NCBI GenBank assembly: GCA_043742785.1
Contig: JAYTXU010000070.1
Span: 1-59,874 of the forward strand
DNA: 59,874 nt
Origin: Candidatus Omnitrophota bacterium
GTDB taxonomy: Bacteria > Omnitrophota > Gorgyraeia > Zapsychrales > Fredricksoniimonadaceae
Direction of reading: 5' to 3'
Under the pieces are notes generated by a model, which saw nothing but the letters and a program-made list of their open reading frames with translations, was not told where the DNA came from and made no database searches. Shown here in pieces: positions 48,548-58,207 of this stretch (the first letter of the stretch is position 1; the number at the start of each line of letters is the position of its first letter). The translations under genes were made by a program, and so were the position numbers.

Positions 48548-48624
48548 TGGTCGGGACGGAGGGATTTGAACCCTCGACCTCTTGAACCCCATTCAAGTGC
48601 GCTAGCCAACTGCGCTACATCCCG
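48548..48624 (-). tRNA. tRNA-Pro (GGG)
   Basis: CGGGATGTAGCGCAG..., anticodon arm CTTGA-ATGGGGT-TCAAG, T arm GAGGG-TTCAAAT-CCCTC, encoded CCA end. Confidence 0.95.
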
Positions 48625-48698
48625 AACATAAAGTTAAGTTTTAAATTATACACAAGAATACCCTCAATAACCAGTGAAAAAATTATGAAGATTTTTTA

Positions 48699-49013
48699 TT
48701 AAAGGAAGAATTTCTTTATAACAATCGTGGCACAGACAATCAATCCTCCCACAATGATCCATGTAACGCCTTGCATCCAATGTGATCGAACATAACCTTC
48801 TTTGCAAATACCATACGGATCTAGTGGGCGAATCTCCGGATGATCACGAGTAGAAGCTGTTAGCGAATCCACCATTTGCGTACAACTAGCGCTCTCTTGA
48901 GCGGTTATCACGCCTGTTTTAGCATATAAGGACTTAACGATGCCAAAACCTATTAGGCAAAAGCCCATGATCACAATAAATATGAGCGCCACGTTTAATT
49001 GATCCCTTTTCAT
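48699..49013 (-). CDS. Small two-TM hypothetical protein
   Basis: Two hydrophobic helices around a loop with two Cys. Confidence 0.55.
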   Translation of the reverse strand: MKRDQLNVALIFIVIMGFCLIGFGIVKSLYAKTGVITAQESASCTQMVDSLTASTRDHPEIRPLDPYGICKEGYVRSHWMQGVTWIIVGGLIVCATIVIKKFFL

Positions 49014-49088
49014 TTATCAAGCCCCCTTCTTTTCTTTGATCCTCTGCTAGCGAATAAATCATTACTGATTACTGTGCATCTCCTAGAA

Positions 49089-50093
49089 TCACCAATGAAA
49101 AGATTTCTGATAATCTTTTTTAGAAATTATATCGACAGCCACTAAAACATCTTCCACCTGCAAGCCTGTTGGAGAATAAAGACAAACACCTTTTTCTGAT
49201 AATGGCTTCCAACGTTCAGGATTAATGCCTGGCTCATTACGCATAAACAAAGAAATCACATCAATATCCACCGCAGTTCCAATATGAACAGGACCTGAAT
49301 CATTCGAGATCAAGAGACGACACCTTCTTAAAAGGCTTACCGTCTGAGCCAAACTTGTCTGCCCAGTTAGATCCAAAGGTTTTTGATTGGTTAAACGGAT
49401 AATTTCCATTGAACGATCTAAAGTTTGTTTGGACCCAATTAAGACAATCTTGAGAGAATACTTCCGCCCTAAGGCATCGATAAGTTTGGCAAAGCTTTCT
49501 TTTGACCAGCATTTTTCCTCGTCGCTGGAACCGGCATGAATAGCAATTATATCCCCACTATTAATTCCCTGAGAAGAAAGCCATTGGCCTGCCCAATTCT
49601 CTGCTTCTTTATCCACAGGAAGAAGAAAATCTAAATGAGGAGCTTCAATCCCTACCTTCTTTAAAAGGTCTAAACAATACTGAGCCTCATGTTGTTCCCC
49701 TTGTGAGCGCATATCCCTAACTGGATGGGTCAATAAGAACCCAAACTTGTCATTCTTATAAGCTATACGTACAGGAACCCCTGCCAAAAAACATGCTAAA
49801 TTATATCGTCGTTTCGTATGAAAAATAAAAACAGCATCAAACCTTCTTTGCCGAATATCCCGAGCCAGTTTCAAAAATCCCAATAACCCTTGATGACGAC
49901 CGCTACGATCATCCAAGAGAACTTCATCTAAATAAGGATTACCAACGACCAGATCTTTAGTTGAAGGAGTGACCATCATTGAAAGTCGAGCATTGAGATA
50001 AGCTGTTCGTAACGCTTTAACGACGGGGGTTGTCAGAACCACATCCCCAATCCGATCAGTCCTTACAATCAATATATTATTTAATTTGAGCAT
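49089..50093 (-). CDS. Glycosyltransferase family 9 (heptosyltransferase-like)
   Basis: RTDRIGDVVL, ISNDSGPVH; start set at MLKLN. Confidence 0.9.
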   Translation of the reverse strand: MLKLNNILIVRTDRIGDVVLTTPVVKALRTAYLNARLSMMVTPSTKDLVVGNPYLDEVLLDDRSGRHQGLLGFLKLARDIRQRRFDAVFIFHTKRRYNLACFLAGVPVRIAYKNDKFGFLLTHPVRDMRSQGEQHEAQYCLDLLKKVGIEAPHLDFLLPVDKEAENWAGQWLSSQGINSGDIIAIHAGSSDEEKCWSKESFAKLIDALGRKYSLKIVLIGSKQTLDRSMEIIRLTNQKPLDLTGQTSLAQTVSLLRRCRLLISNDSGPVHIGTAVDIDVISLFMRNEPGINPERWKPLSEKGVCLYSPTGLQVEDVLVAVDIISKKDYQKSFHW

Positions 50094-51096
50094 ACACTTC
50101 TCCAAATGCATCCAACACATCACGCTGTGTGATCGATGACATACAATGATGAGACAAATTCAAAGCTTTTGGATTTAAGCAACGAGGACAATGATAATTA
50201 CGATGTACCACTCTAGAAATTGAACTCCAAGGAGAAGAACACCTAGGATCAGTAGGACCAAAAAGAGCTACCACCGGCTTATTAAGATAACTAGCGATAT
50301 GCATAGGACCGCTGTCATGAACAACTGCGATCAGAGATCGTTTGATCAAAGCGGCTGCTTGAATTAAATTGGTGCGACCTGCTAAATTAAGGATAGGAAC
50401 ATCTGCTTGTTTAACAATGTCTTCAATTGCTTGTTTTTGTTGAGTATTCCCAATCATAACAACCTTACGACCATATTGATTAAAGATCGCCTTGCTCAAA
50501 TGCGCAAATTCCATAGAATCCCAAGTCTTACTTGAATCTGCAGCAAATGGCGCAATAAAAACAAAAGCCTGCCTGCCGGCAGGGAGAGAAGAATCCTGCA
50601 TTAAAAAAGGTTTTAGTAATTGATCAATATATTCTTGATCCTTAACTGACGGTGCTATTGTTGAAGGAACAGCTAAAGAAGATCCAAAATCATAAAGCAT
50701 CCGTAATCGATTTAAATGTCGGTCTTTTAAATGAATCTGTTTATTAATAAATAATTGTGGTGACGTAACCCAATGCGGTGTTAGAGAATAACCAATCATC
50801 GAATTTCTAAGATCCACTACCAAATCATAGCGAAATTCTCTTAAAGCTAAAGTCCACTGAGCTTGTTTAAAGAAATTACGTTCTTTATCAAAAATATGAA
50901 TTTGGCTAATACGGGTATTTCCTTCAAATAAAGAAGCTGCTCTTTCTCCAATCACTAAGGATAATCTCGCCGATGAAAAATCTCTTAGAAGAATATCAAT
51001 CACAGGGGCAGATAAAAGCACATCACCAATATTACTTAAAGTGATAACCAGGATATTCTTAACTGATGAATTTTTGGACAGCTTCCAGAACATCAT
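50077..51096 (-). CDS. Glycosyltransferase family 9
   Basis: LSNIGDVLL, HDSGPMH, LFGPT; contains an LPAGRQ insert; exact start uncertain. Confidence 0.9.
   Translation of the reverse strand: MMFWKLSKNSSVKNILVITLSNIGDVLLSAPVIDILLRDFSSARLSLVIGERAASLFEGNTRISQIHIFDKERNFFKQAQWTLALREFRYDLVVDLRNSMIGYSLTPHWVTSPQLFINKQIHLKDRHLNRLRMLYDFGSSLAVPSTIAPSVKDQEYIDQLLKPFLMQDSSLPAGRQAFVFIAPFAADSSKTWDSMEFAHLSKAIFNQYGRKVVMIGNTQQKQAIEDIVKQADVPILNLAGRTNLIQAAALIKRSLIAVVHDSGPMHIASYLNKPVVALFGPTDPRCSSPWSSISRVVHRNYHCPRCLNPKALNLSHHCMSSITQRDVLDAFGEVYAQIK
50568..50587. repeat. Family B palindrome in frame in a GT9 gene
   Basis: CCTGCCTGCCGGCAGGGAGA (18/20); reads LPAGRQ. Confidence 0.85.
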
Positions 51097-52066
51097 TAAC
51101 CGTTATTGTTTGCATACAAATATTATTAGTACAAGCGAGATGATAACAAGGAGCCTTGTTACAAGAAACATCTTTAAATAACATTCTCCCCTTTCCTATT
51201 CCCCGTATTCCTGTAATCTCAGGACGAGTAGGACCAAAGATCCCAAGAACATTAGCTCCCACACTATGCGCTAAATGTAAAGGACCACTATCTGAAGAAA
51301 TGACAACTGAAGCCCTATAATACAACGCCAACGATTGCCCTAATGTCGTCTCTCCAGCAATTAGAATGGCCTTATTCTGCGCCTGCATATTAATACCCTG
51401 ACAATATTCAAAATCGCCTTGGCTGCCAGATAAAATAATCCTAACTTGAGGATTTTTACTAATACTTTCAATTAAATGCACAAAATGAGCTGATGGCCAA
51501 CGCTTTAATTCCCAATTTCCTGCTGTATGGAGAACAACAATCCTGTGATCTTCTCTAACGCCTTTTGTTTCAAGAAGTTTATTCAAATTCCTAGAATCAT
51601 CCGTTTTCAAATTAAGCTGATAAGTCCGATCTTTAATCTTCAAACCATAACTTTCTAACACTTTCAAATAAACATCCACCCGATGTATGCCTTCATCTTG
51701 AAAATCAACCGGATGAGTTAAAAGTAACTTTGTTTTACAGTATCCTATTCTCAAAGGAATGCCGGCTAAAAAAACCAACAACCCCCGAGTCAAAGAACGA
51801 TGCAAAAGAAAAACAACATCAAAAGACCTGCGGCGCAAATCATTCACTAAAGCTAACTTCTGCCATGGCCAAAAATGCAGTTTTTTCTCATCTAAAACAA
51901 TAATCTCATCAATAAAAGGACAAAGTTCTATAACATTCTTAACCCTAGGGACGCACAGACAAGTCACCTTCGCTAAGGGATAATTTTCTTTGAGAGCTTT
52001 AAATACCGGGGTTGAAAAAACAGCATCCCCTAACCAATTAATATTAACAACAAGAATATTGTTCAT
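51059..52066 (-). CDS. waaF: LPS heptosyltransferase II-like (GT9)
   Basis: NWLGDAVFSTP, SSDSGPLH, FGPT. Confidence 0.78.
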   Translation of the reverse strand: MNNILVVNINWLGDAVFSTPVFKALKENYPLAKVTCLCVPRVKNVIELCPFIDEIIVLDEKKLHFWPWQKLALVNDLRRRSFDVVFLLHRSLTRGLLVFLAGIPLRIGYCKTKLLLTHPVDFQDEGIHRVDVYLKVLESYGLKIKDRTYQLNLKTDDSRNLNKLLETKGVREDHRIVVLHTAGNWELKRWPSAHFVHLIESISKNPQVRIILSGSQGDFEYCQGINMQAQNKAILIAGETTLGQSLALYYRASVVISSDSGPLHLAHSVGANVLGIFGPTRPEITGIRGIGKGRMLFKDVSCNKAPCYHLACTNNICMQTITVNDVLEAVQKFIS

Positions 52067-53141
52067 AAACCTTTTCTGTATCTTCTGCCATTCGTTCTAA
52101 AGAAAATTTCCTGATAATATTCTCTCTAGCAGCAAGACCCACTTGTTTGGCTTTCATAGGATTTCCTAAAACTTCAATAATTTTAAATGCTAACGCTTTA
52201 TGATCCTCTACTGAAACCAAATAACCTGTCCTTCCATCTTCGATCAAATCAACCAATCCCCCCACACGCGAAGCAATAACGGGCAAAGCACAAGCTTGGG
52301 CCTCCATCACTGACAAACCTAAACCTTCCTGACGAGACGGCATAATGAAAAGATCAAAAACAGGAAGCAAATCAACCGTTTGATTAACAATATTTTCGAA
52401 ACGCACATTCTTTGTTAAATTCAAACCATCAACTAAATCAATTAATCTCTCTTTCTCAGGTCCATCACCTACGATCATCAACAAAACATCTGGATATTGT
52501 TTGATCACAAGTGGCATAGTCTTTAATAAAATATCAATTCCCTTAACATCGGATAACCTGGCAATAATACCGATCACCAATTTAGCTTTAATCTTCCATT
52601 GTTGGCGCTTAGATTCTTTGATTTCATTTTCTACAGGAGAAAATTTTACCCAATCGATGCCATTAGCAATAAGATGAACTCTTTGTTCTAAAAGATGGAA
52701 ATCTTTGATCAAGTGTTCTCTCACAGGTTTACTTATGGCAATAGCTCCATTCCCCCAGCAAGGAAAAACACGTCTAAAGAAATGTGTTCTGAAAAAACCA
52801 TGGCAAGTACTTATAAAGGGCTTTTTTGTCATACCAGAGAGGAAATAGGCCATCACCTGGGTGACCCTTGTTTGAGCATGAATAATATCTATTCCTTCGT
52901 TCTTAACAAAGTTCTTTAGAAATCCCAATTTGAGATAAATTCTCAAATCTAATTCTGATTTAGTGCGGAACCCTAAATTGATATGCTCTCCACCAAAACC
53001 TTCTAAAAGAGATACGCAATTTCCGCCAGCGCTAACCACAAAAACCTTATGCCCTCTTTGAGTTAAAGATTGAGTTAAAGACAATAAGTAACTGGTAATA
53101 CCTCCTGTATTAAGATGAGTTGTCAAGAATAGAATTTTCAT
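52044..53141 (-). CDS. Glycosyltransferase family 4
   Basis: GG N-terminal motif, PSRQEGLGLSVMEA. Confidence 0.9.
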   Translation of the reverse strand: MKILFLTTHLNTGGITSYLLSLTQSLTQRGHKVFVVSAGGNCVSLLEGFGGEHINLGFRTKSELDLRIYLKLGFLKNFVKNEGIDIIHAQTRVTQVMAYFLSGMTKKPFISTCHGFFRTHFFRRVFPCWGNGAIAISKPVREHLIKDFHLLEQRVHLIANGIDWVKFSPVENEIKESKRQQWKIKAKLVIGIIARLSDVKGIDILLKTMPLVIKQYPDVLLMIVGDGPEKERLIDLVDGLNLTKNVRFENIVNQTVDLLPVFDLFIMPSRQEGLGLSVMEAQACALPVIASRVGGLVDLIEDGRTGYLVSVEDHKALAFKIIEVLGNPMKAKQVGLAARENIIRKFSLERMAEDTEKVYEQYSCC

Positions 53142-55225
53142 CGCATCAAATCCATAATTTTTTGAAAAACTTGCTCAGGAGTGATTTCTTTCATGCATAC
53201 ATGTGTTTTTATTCTACACGCTCCAGAATAACAAGGAGAACATTTTAAATCACGTCGCAAGACTATTCCTTTATCAATCGGAGGCATATGACGCACAGGA
53301 TCGGTGGGACCAAAAAATGCAATCACAGGAACCTTCATCGCAGCAGCTACATGCAGCGGCGCTGAATCAGGAGTAACATAAACCTTACATCGACTAATTA
53401 AAGCTGCTAATTGCAAAATATTAGTTTTACCTGCAAAATTAACCGGTTTAGACTTAGATTTTGATACTAGATGACGAGCCAATACTAAATCTTTATTTTG
53501 TCCTGTTAAAAGAACACGAATATTCTTAGAACCTAAAAGATCAGATAATTTAACAATATACTCAGCAGGCCAGTTCTTTGTTGGCCACCCAGCAGAAGCA
53601 GATATGTTAATCCCTACGATATCTTTATATGTCCCTAACCATTCGCTATCTAAAATATCTTGAACATATTTCTCATCCTTAGAGGAAGGCCAAAGTTCCA
53701 AACTAACATCTGAATGATAAGAAATTCCTAATAATTGCAAGATACGGAACTGATGCTCCACAGGAGGAATATCTTTTAAATCATCCTTAACCCCATGACT
53801 TAAAAGAAATCCCAATTTTCCATTATTATAGCCATAAGATTCTTTTGAAGAACACAATGAACTTAAAATATGACTCGTACGGTTATTCTGCAAATCAACA
53901 ATCTTATCAAAACTATATTTACGCAAGATCTTACTCACTTGCCAAAGAGAAGATAAATTTTTCTTAGATATATCAAAGATAATAACACTATTGATATACG
54001 GACAACGCTGAACAATAGAACTTGCCTCGGCAGAAGTTAAAACGTGAATATGCGCATCCGGAAATTTCTGACGCAAAGCTTTTAAAGCTCCCATTGATAA
54101 AACAACATCTCCAACAGCTGTTAACTTTATTACTAGAATATTTAATGAACGTGAGGCCTCTAAATAAACTTTTAGAGTTTCTTCAGCCATATGTCTTAAG
54201 GTATAGCGATTCTCTATTTTCTTTTTAGCCTCTGCCACAAAAGAAACAACCAATTGGCTATCCCCCAGAACACGAAGAACCGCTTGAGCCATTCCCTCTA
54301 CATCTTTAGGAGTTACCAAAAGTCCTGTTTTTTCATGATCTATAATTTCCGATACTCCCCCAACCTTAGTTGCAACCACAGGCACACCAGCTGCTTGAGC
54401 TTCCAAAATGACCCTACCAAAGGCCTCTTGAGTTATAGTCGATAAAACCAAACAATCTGATTGAGATAAAAGTTGAGGAATATCCCTACGATTACCTAAA
54501 AATTCCACATGTCTGGCTATGCCTAATCGTTTAGTTAACAATACTAATTCCTGTTTATAAGTTGCTCTTTTCTGGGCAGCATCTCCGATAATCTGCACCT
54601 TAACATTAGGTAATTTTCTTATAACTTGGGCCATAGCTTTTAAGAAATAAGGGTGTCCTTTAAGTGGTGTGATTCGACCAACCATGGTAATGATCAATGG
54701 ATCACCAGGATCTTTAATAACTCGTGGAATATTAAACTTTGACACATCCACACTGCGGGCGATGATACTGATATGATGCGAAGGCACTCCAAAATCCTGG
54801 ACCATATGCTGGCCAATCACTTCACTAATAGCAATAACCTTCTTCCCCCAACCCATCACAGAGCTAAATAAATGTTTACTATAATAACCATGACAGGTGG
54901 TAATAAAAACAGCTTGTGTCCTTCTACAAGCAAAAAAAGCTATCCAAGCTGGAACTCTTGAACGCGCATGAACAATATCAATCTTTTCCTTTTCAATAAT
55001 ACGAACTAATTTATTAATCATCTTAAACATAATAAAAAAATTCTTCTTATCCACAGGTAAAACATAGTGGATCGAACCATTTTTCTCTAGATCACCAACC
55101 AAGCTTCCCCCTGCAGAAACTACCACCGATTTATGTCCATGCTGCACTAAATATTTAGACAAATCAATGGTGCCAGTCTCAACACCCCCCACATTCAACT
55201 CTGGAAGAATCTGCAAAATATTCAT
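53138..55225 (-). CDS. GT4-GT9 fusion glycosyltransferase
   Basis: N-terminal half GGVE, HARSR, EAFGRVILEA; C-terminal half AVGDVVL, PDSAPLH, FGPT. Confidence 0.88.
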   Translation of the reverse strand: MNILQILPELNVGGVETGTIDLSKYLVQHGHKSVVVSAGGSLVGDLEKNGSIHYVLPVDKKNFFIMFKMINKLVRIIEKEKIDIVHARSRVPAWIAFFACRRTQAVFITTCHGYYSKHLFSSVMGWGKKVIAISEVIGQHMVQDFGVPSHHISIIARSVDVSKFNIPRVIKDPGDPLIITMVGRITPLKGHPYFLKAMAQVIRKLPNVKVQIIGDAAQKRATYKQELVLLTKRLGIARHVEFLGNRRDIPQLLSQSDCLVLSTITQEAFGRVILEAQAAGVPVVATKVGGVSEIIDHEKTGLLVTPKDVEGMAQAVLRVLGDSQLVVSFVAEAKKKIENRYTLRHMAEETLKVYLEASRSLNILVIKLTAVGDVVLSMGALKALRQKFPDAHIHVLTSAEASSIVQRCPYINSVIIFDISKKNLSSLWQVSKILRKYSFDKIVDLQNNRTSHILSSLCSSKESYGYNNGKLGFLLSHGVKDDLKDIPPVEHQFRILQLLGISYHSDVSLELWPSSKDEKYVQDILDSEWLGTYKDIVGINISASAGWPTKNWPAEYIVKLSDLLGSKNIRVLLTGQNKDLVLARHLVSKSKSKPVNFAGKTNILQLAALISRCKVYVTPDSAPLHVAAAMKVPVIAFFGPTDPVRHMPPIDKGIVLRRDLKCSPCYSGACRIKTHVCMKEITPEQVFQKIMDLMR

Positions 55226-57195
55226 TACAAAATACCCTCTAAAGCTTTAGAAATATTAATTCTATCATTGATGCTTTTAACAGAAATCTTCTGACTCATC
55301 GATTGAGTGAATACATTTGAAATGTCTTTAATGGATGAAGCCAACAAATACCCCTGCTGATTTAACTCTAAAACAAAACGATCGTATTTGTTTAATGATT
55401 TTATTCTATAACTACCTGCTGGTGCAAAAACAATCGTCTTTTTACCTGAACTAAGAGCCTCTGAAACCATGGAAATACTTTCTCCTGATACTATCAAAAT
55501 ATCACTAGAAGCTAAAATCCCTCCAACTGCCTCTGGAATATTCGTCTCATTAGGAATAATCAATAAAGGACAGCGACTAAGATTACGAAGCTCTTTAATA
55601 ATCATTTGATCAACCTCTGGGGGTGTACGTCTAGAAGTTGTCACAAGCAAATCCATATTATAATGCTCCGCCGCATCCTTCAGCTGTCTAACCAATAAAC
55701 GTATTTGATTAACATCAAAAACAACTCCTTTTGTATTCCCTCCCAATAAAACCCCTATTTTAGACCGGACATTGTTTCTTAAATGAGAATAATGTAAAAA
55801 CAGTTTTTCCTGCTGCGCCTTAAGATATTCCGGTGTAATTAAATTTAGGGCTACCTTTGTTGTAACCATAGGTGGCCTAGAACCATTATGTAAAACCTTA
55901 TCGTGTTCAGGTAAGACAATCAAAGAAAACCAACGCCAACTAAGAATACCCGGTCTTAAAATATGAACACTCTTAAGCGAGCTCAATCTTGAAAGAATAA
56001 AACTCACTGGAGCGCTTTGAGAACCACAGGAAAGTATATAATCAGTATTACTTCCTACCAAGATCCTATAACAATCTTCTTTTAAGAAATAACCTAAAGA
56101 CTCTTTAGTTCTTAAAAAGGAAATTGCCTGCGCACAGAAACAATAAACAACAAACATTTTCTGATGCCAAAAACTTTTGAAAATAATAGTAACCGTCTTT
56201 ATGCGCGCTTGTTTACTTTCTTGAACTAAAGCTGTTCTTAATATTTCTGCCAACGCTTGAGACTGACGCAAATGCCCTGTTTTACCATCATCTAAAATTA
56301 AAACATCTGCTTGAGTGGTATATTTATAAATCTTATAAAACCACATAAATTCTGAAGGATGAGCACGCAGAAAGTCTTCAAATGTTTTGACTGCCTTTTG
56401 AGTGTTAACAAGAACATCTCGTTCATGATCCCCACTGGTTTGTAATATTAAAGCAGGTAAAATCCTAAGAATATGTTTTCCACCTGCTTGACGTTCAATC
56501 CATGCTGGACAAACTGGCGTTCCATATTTAAGGCCTAGACGAATAGCCCCTGTAGACATCGAAGCTGTTTTTCCAAAAAAATCAACAGCAACTCCATCCT
56601 TCCCTCCTTGATCTAGAACTAAGGTAACAATTTCATTGGCCTGTAAAACGCGAATAATTTCTCGGGTGGCAATTCCCGCAGGAATGATCTTAGCCCCAAC
56701 TAAACGCCTATAACCATTCAAAAGTTCATTAAGCTTAGGAGTTTTTTCATGTTCATTAGCAACAACGCTATAGGGATGACCAAACGTCCCCCCAACTAAA
56801 TTAGCCAATTCCCAGTTTCCAGAATGAATGGCTAAAAGAATACAGCCCTGTCCCTTAGCTATTGCTTGGTCAACATTCTCCTGACCCTCAACAGTAACTA
56901 TTTTCTGAAAACCTTGAGAATGGATTTTAGGAAAACAAAGCAATTCAACAAAAGAGGATAGAAGATTTTTAAAAACCTGTTTAGTTAAAGCACGAATTTG
57001 TAGCTGAGATAAATTCGCTGAAAAAGCAGTTCTTAAATTAGACTCAATAATAGCTTTTTTTCTGCTCATCACACAATAGGCGATAAGACCCATACCCCTT
57101 GCAATGGCTAAATTAAGCCCATAAGGCAATCGGCAAAGAATGGCGCTTAAAAATCTAACTGCGGCGCAAAGAAAGGATTCGTTTAATAATTTCAT
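55225..57195 (-). CDS. Lipid A acyltransferase (LpxL/HtrB-like) fused to an ELM1/GtrOC1-like domain
   Basis: HSGNWE, DQ and FFG acyltransferase motifs; DGKTGHLRQS, PEHD, LLGG, TTSRRTP and ESISMVSEA ELM1-like motifs. Confidence 0.8.
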   Translation of the reverse strand: MKLLNESFLCAAVRFLSAILCRLPYGLNLAIARGMGLIAYCVMSRKKAIIESNLRTAFSANLSQLQIRALTKQVFKNLLSSFVELLCFPKIHSQGFQKIVTVEGQENVDQAIAKGQGCILLAIHSGNWELANLVGGTFGHPYSVVANEHEKTPKLNELLNGYRRLVGAKIIPAGIATREIIRVLQANEIVTLVLDQGGKDGVAVDFFGKTASMSTGAIRLGLKYGTPVCPAWIERQAGGKHILRILPALILQTSGDHERDVLVNTQKAVKTFEDFLRAHPSEFMWFYKIYKYTTQADVLILDDGKTGHLRQSQALAEILRTALVQESKQARIKTVTIIFKSFWHQKMFVVYCFCAQAISFLRTKESLGYFLKEDCYRILVGSNTDYILSCGSQSAPVSFILSRLSSLKSVHILRPGILSWRWFSLIVLPEHDKVLHNGSRPPMVTTKVALNLITPEYLKAQQEKLFLHYSHLRNNVRSKIGVLLGGNTKGVVFDVNQIRLLVRQLKDAAEHYNMDLLVTTSRRTPPEVDQMIIKELRNLSRCPLLIIPNETNIPEAVGGILASSDILIVSGESISMVSEALSSGKKTIVFAPAGSYRIKSLNKYDRFVLELNQQGYLLASSIKDISNVFTQSMSQKISVKSINDRINISKALEGIL

Positions 57196-58207
57196 CTTGT
57201 CCTTGGAATATTCTTAAATCAATATCTAAACTTAAAACAGTCATCCCCTTTAAAGCTTCTTTGAAATTGTATATCTTAACGGCGTCTTTATGAGTCGTCA
57301 CTAGGATATTCATATTTTCTTTTCGTGCCAATTCAAGCATCTCTTTTAAATCTTCCTCTGCATAATTGTGATGATCCCCAAACGTAAAAATACTACTAAG
57401 AATGACACCAGTCGCTTGAAGGGCCCATTGAAATGAAGAAGGATCACCAATAGCACAAAAGCCGATAACCTTTTGATTTAAAAAAGAATTTAACTCCAAG
57501 ATCTTTCCTGTAAAAACATCTCTAAATTGTTTCGGCACATGCTTAGAGTGTGCAATCAAGGCCCTGGAATTGATTTGCCGCAGTTCTTCACAAATTAATC
57601 TTGTGTTTGAGACTTGATCCGTCTTAGTTAAAATAAAAATATCAGCTCTGATCAAAGATTCTTTCTTTTCACGCAAAATCCCCCGAGGAACTAAATATCC
57701 ATTTCCAAAAGGATTTAAAGCATCGATGGCTACAATATCTAAATCCCTACTCAAAGGCCAATGCTGGAAGGCATCATCCGCCACAAAAATATCTACCGAT
57801 GCCTGATTTAAAGCCTGCTTAATACTGGTTCTTCTATTCTTTCCCGTCACAATCAATTCCTGCGGCAAAATTTCTTTAAACATTCTTGTCTCATCATTGG
57901 GACCATTCTTAGATCCATAACCCCTACTAATAACAACTGTCTTTAGTCCCCTTTGACTTAAAGCTTTAACCAGCCAGATCACAATCGGTGTTTTACCGAC
58001 TCCTCCTGTAGTGATATTCCCCACACTAATAACAGGTTTAGGCGCTCTATAAACACTTAAGATATGCTCTTGATAAAGATCACGAGTTAATTCCACAACA
58101 ATTCCATACCCTAAAGATAAAATCCATAGAAGGCTTTGAACGGCCTTATCCAACCATCCCTTTCTAACATCAGTCATTAGTTCAAAAAAATATTTTTTCA
58201 TAGCCAT
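57155..58207 (-). CDS. lpxK: Tetraacyldisaccharide 4'-kinase
   Basis: VISVGNITTGGVGKTP, SRGYG, DDAFQH, PRGILRE, TTHKDAVK. Confidence 0.95.
   Translation of the reverse strand: MAMKKYFFELMTDVRKGWLDKAVQSLLWILSLGYGIVVELTRDLYQEHILSVYRAPKPVISVGNITTGGVGKTPIVIWLVKALSQRGLKTVVISRGYGSKNGPNDETRMFKEILPQELIVTGKNRRTSIKQALNQASVDIFVADDAFQHWPLSRDLDIVAIDALNPFGNGYLVPRGILREKKESLIRADIFILTKTDQVSNTRLICEELRQINSRALIAHSKHVPKQFRDVFTGKILELNSFLNQKVIGFCAIGDPSSFQWALQATGVILSSIFTFGDHHNYAEEDLKEMLELARKENMNILVTTHKDAVKIYNFKEALKGMTVLSLDIDLRIFQGQDEIIKRILSLRRS

Noticed and set aside
48531-48596. N-terminal extension of the PilZ ORF
   Set aside because: It is a translation of the tRNA-Pro gene.
48548-48624. tRNA-Pro as an integration site
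   Set aside because: No integrase nearby and no duplicated tRNA 3' end noticed in the window.
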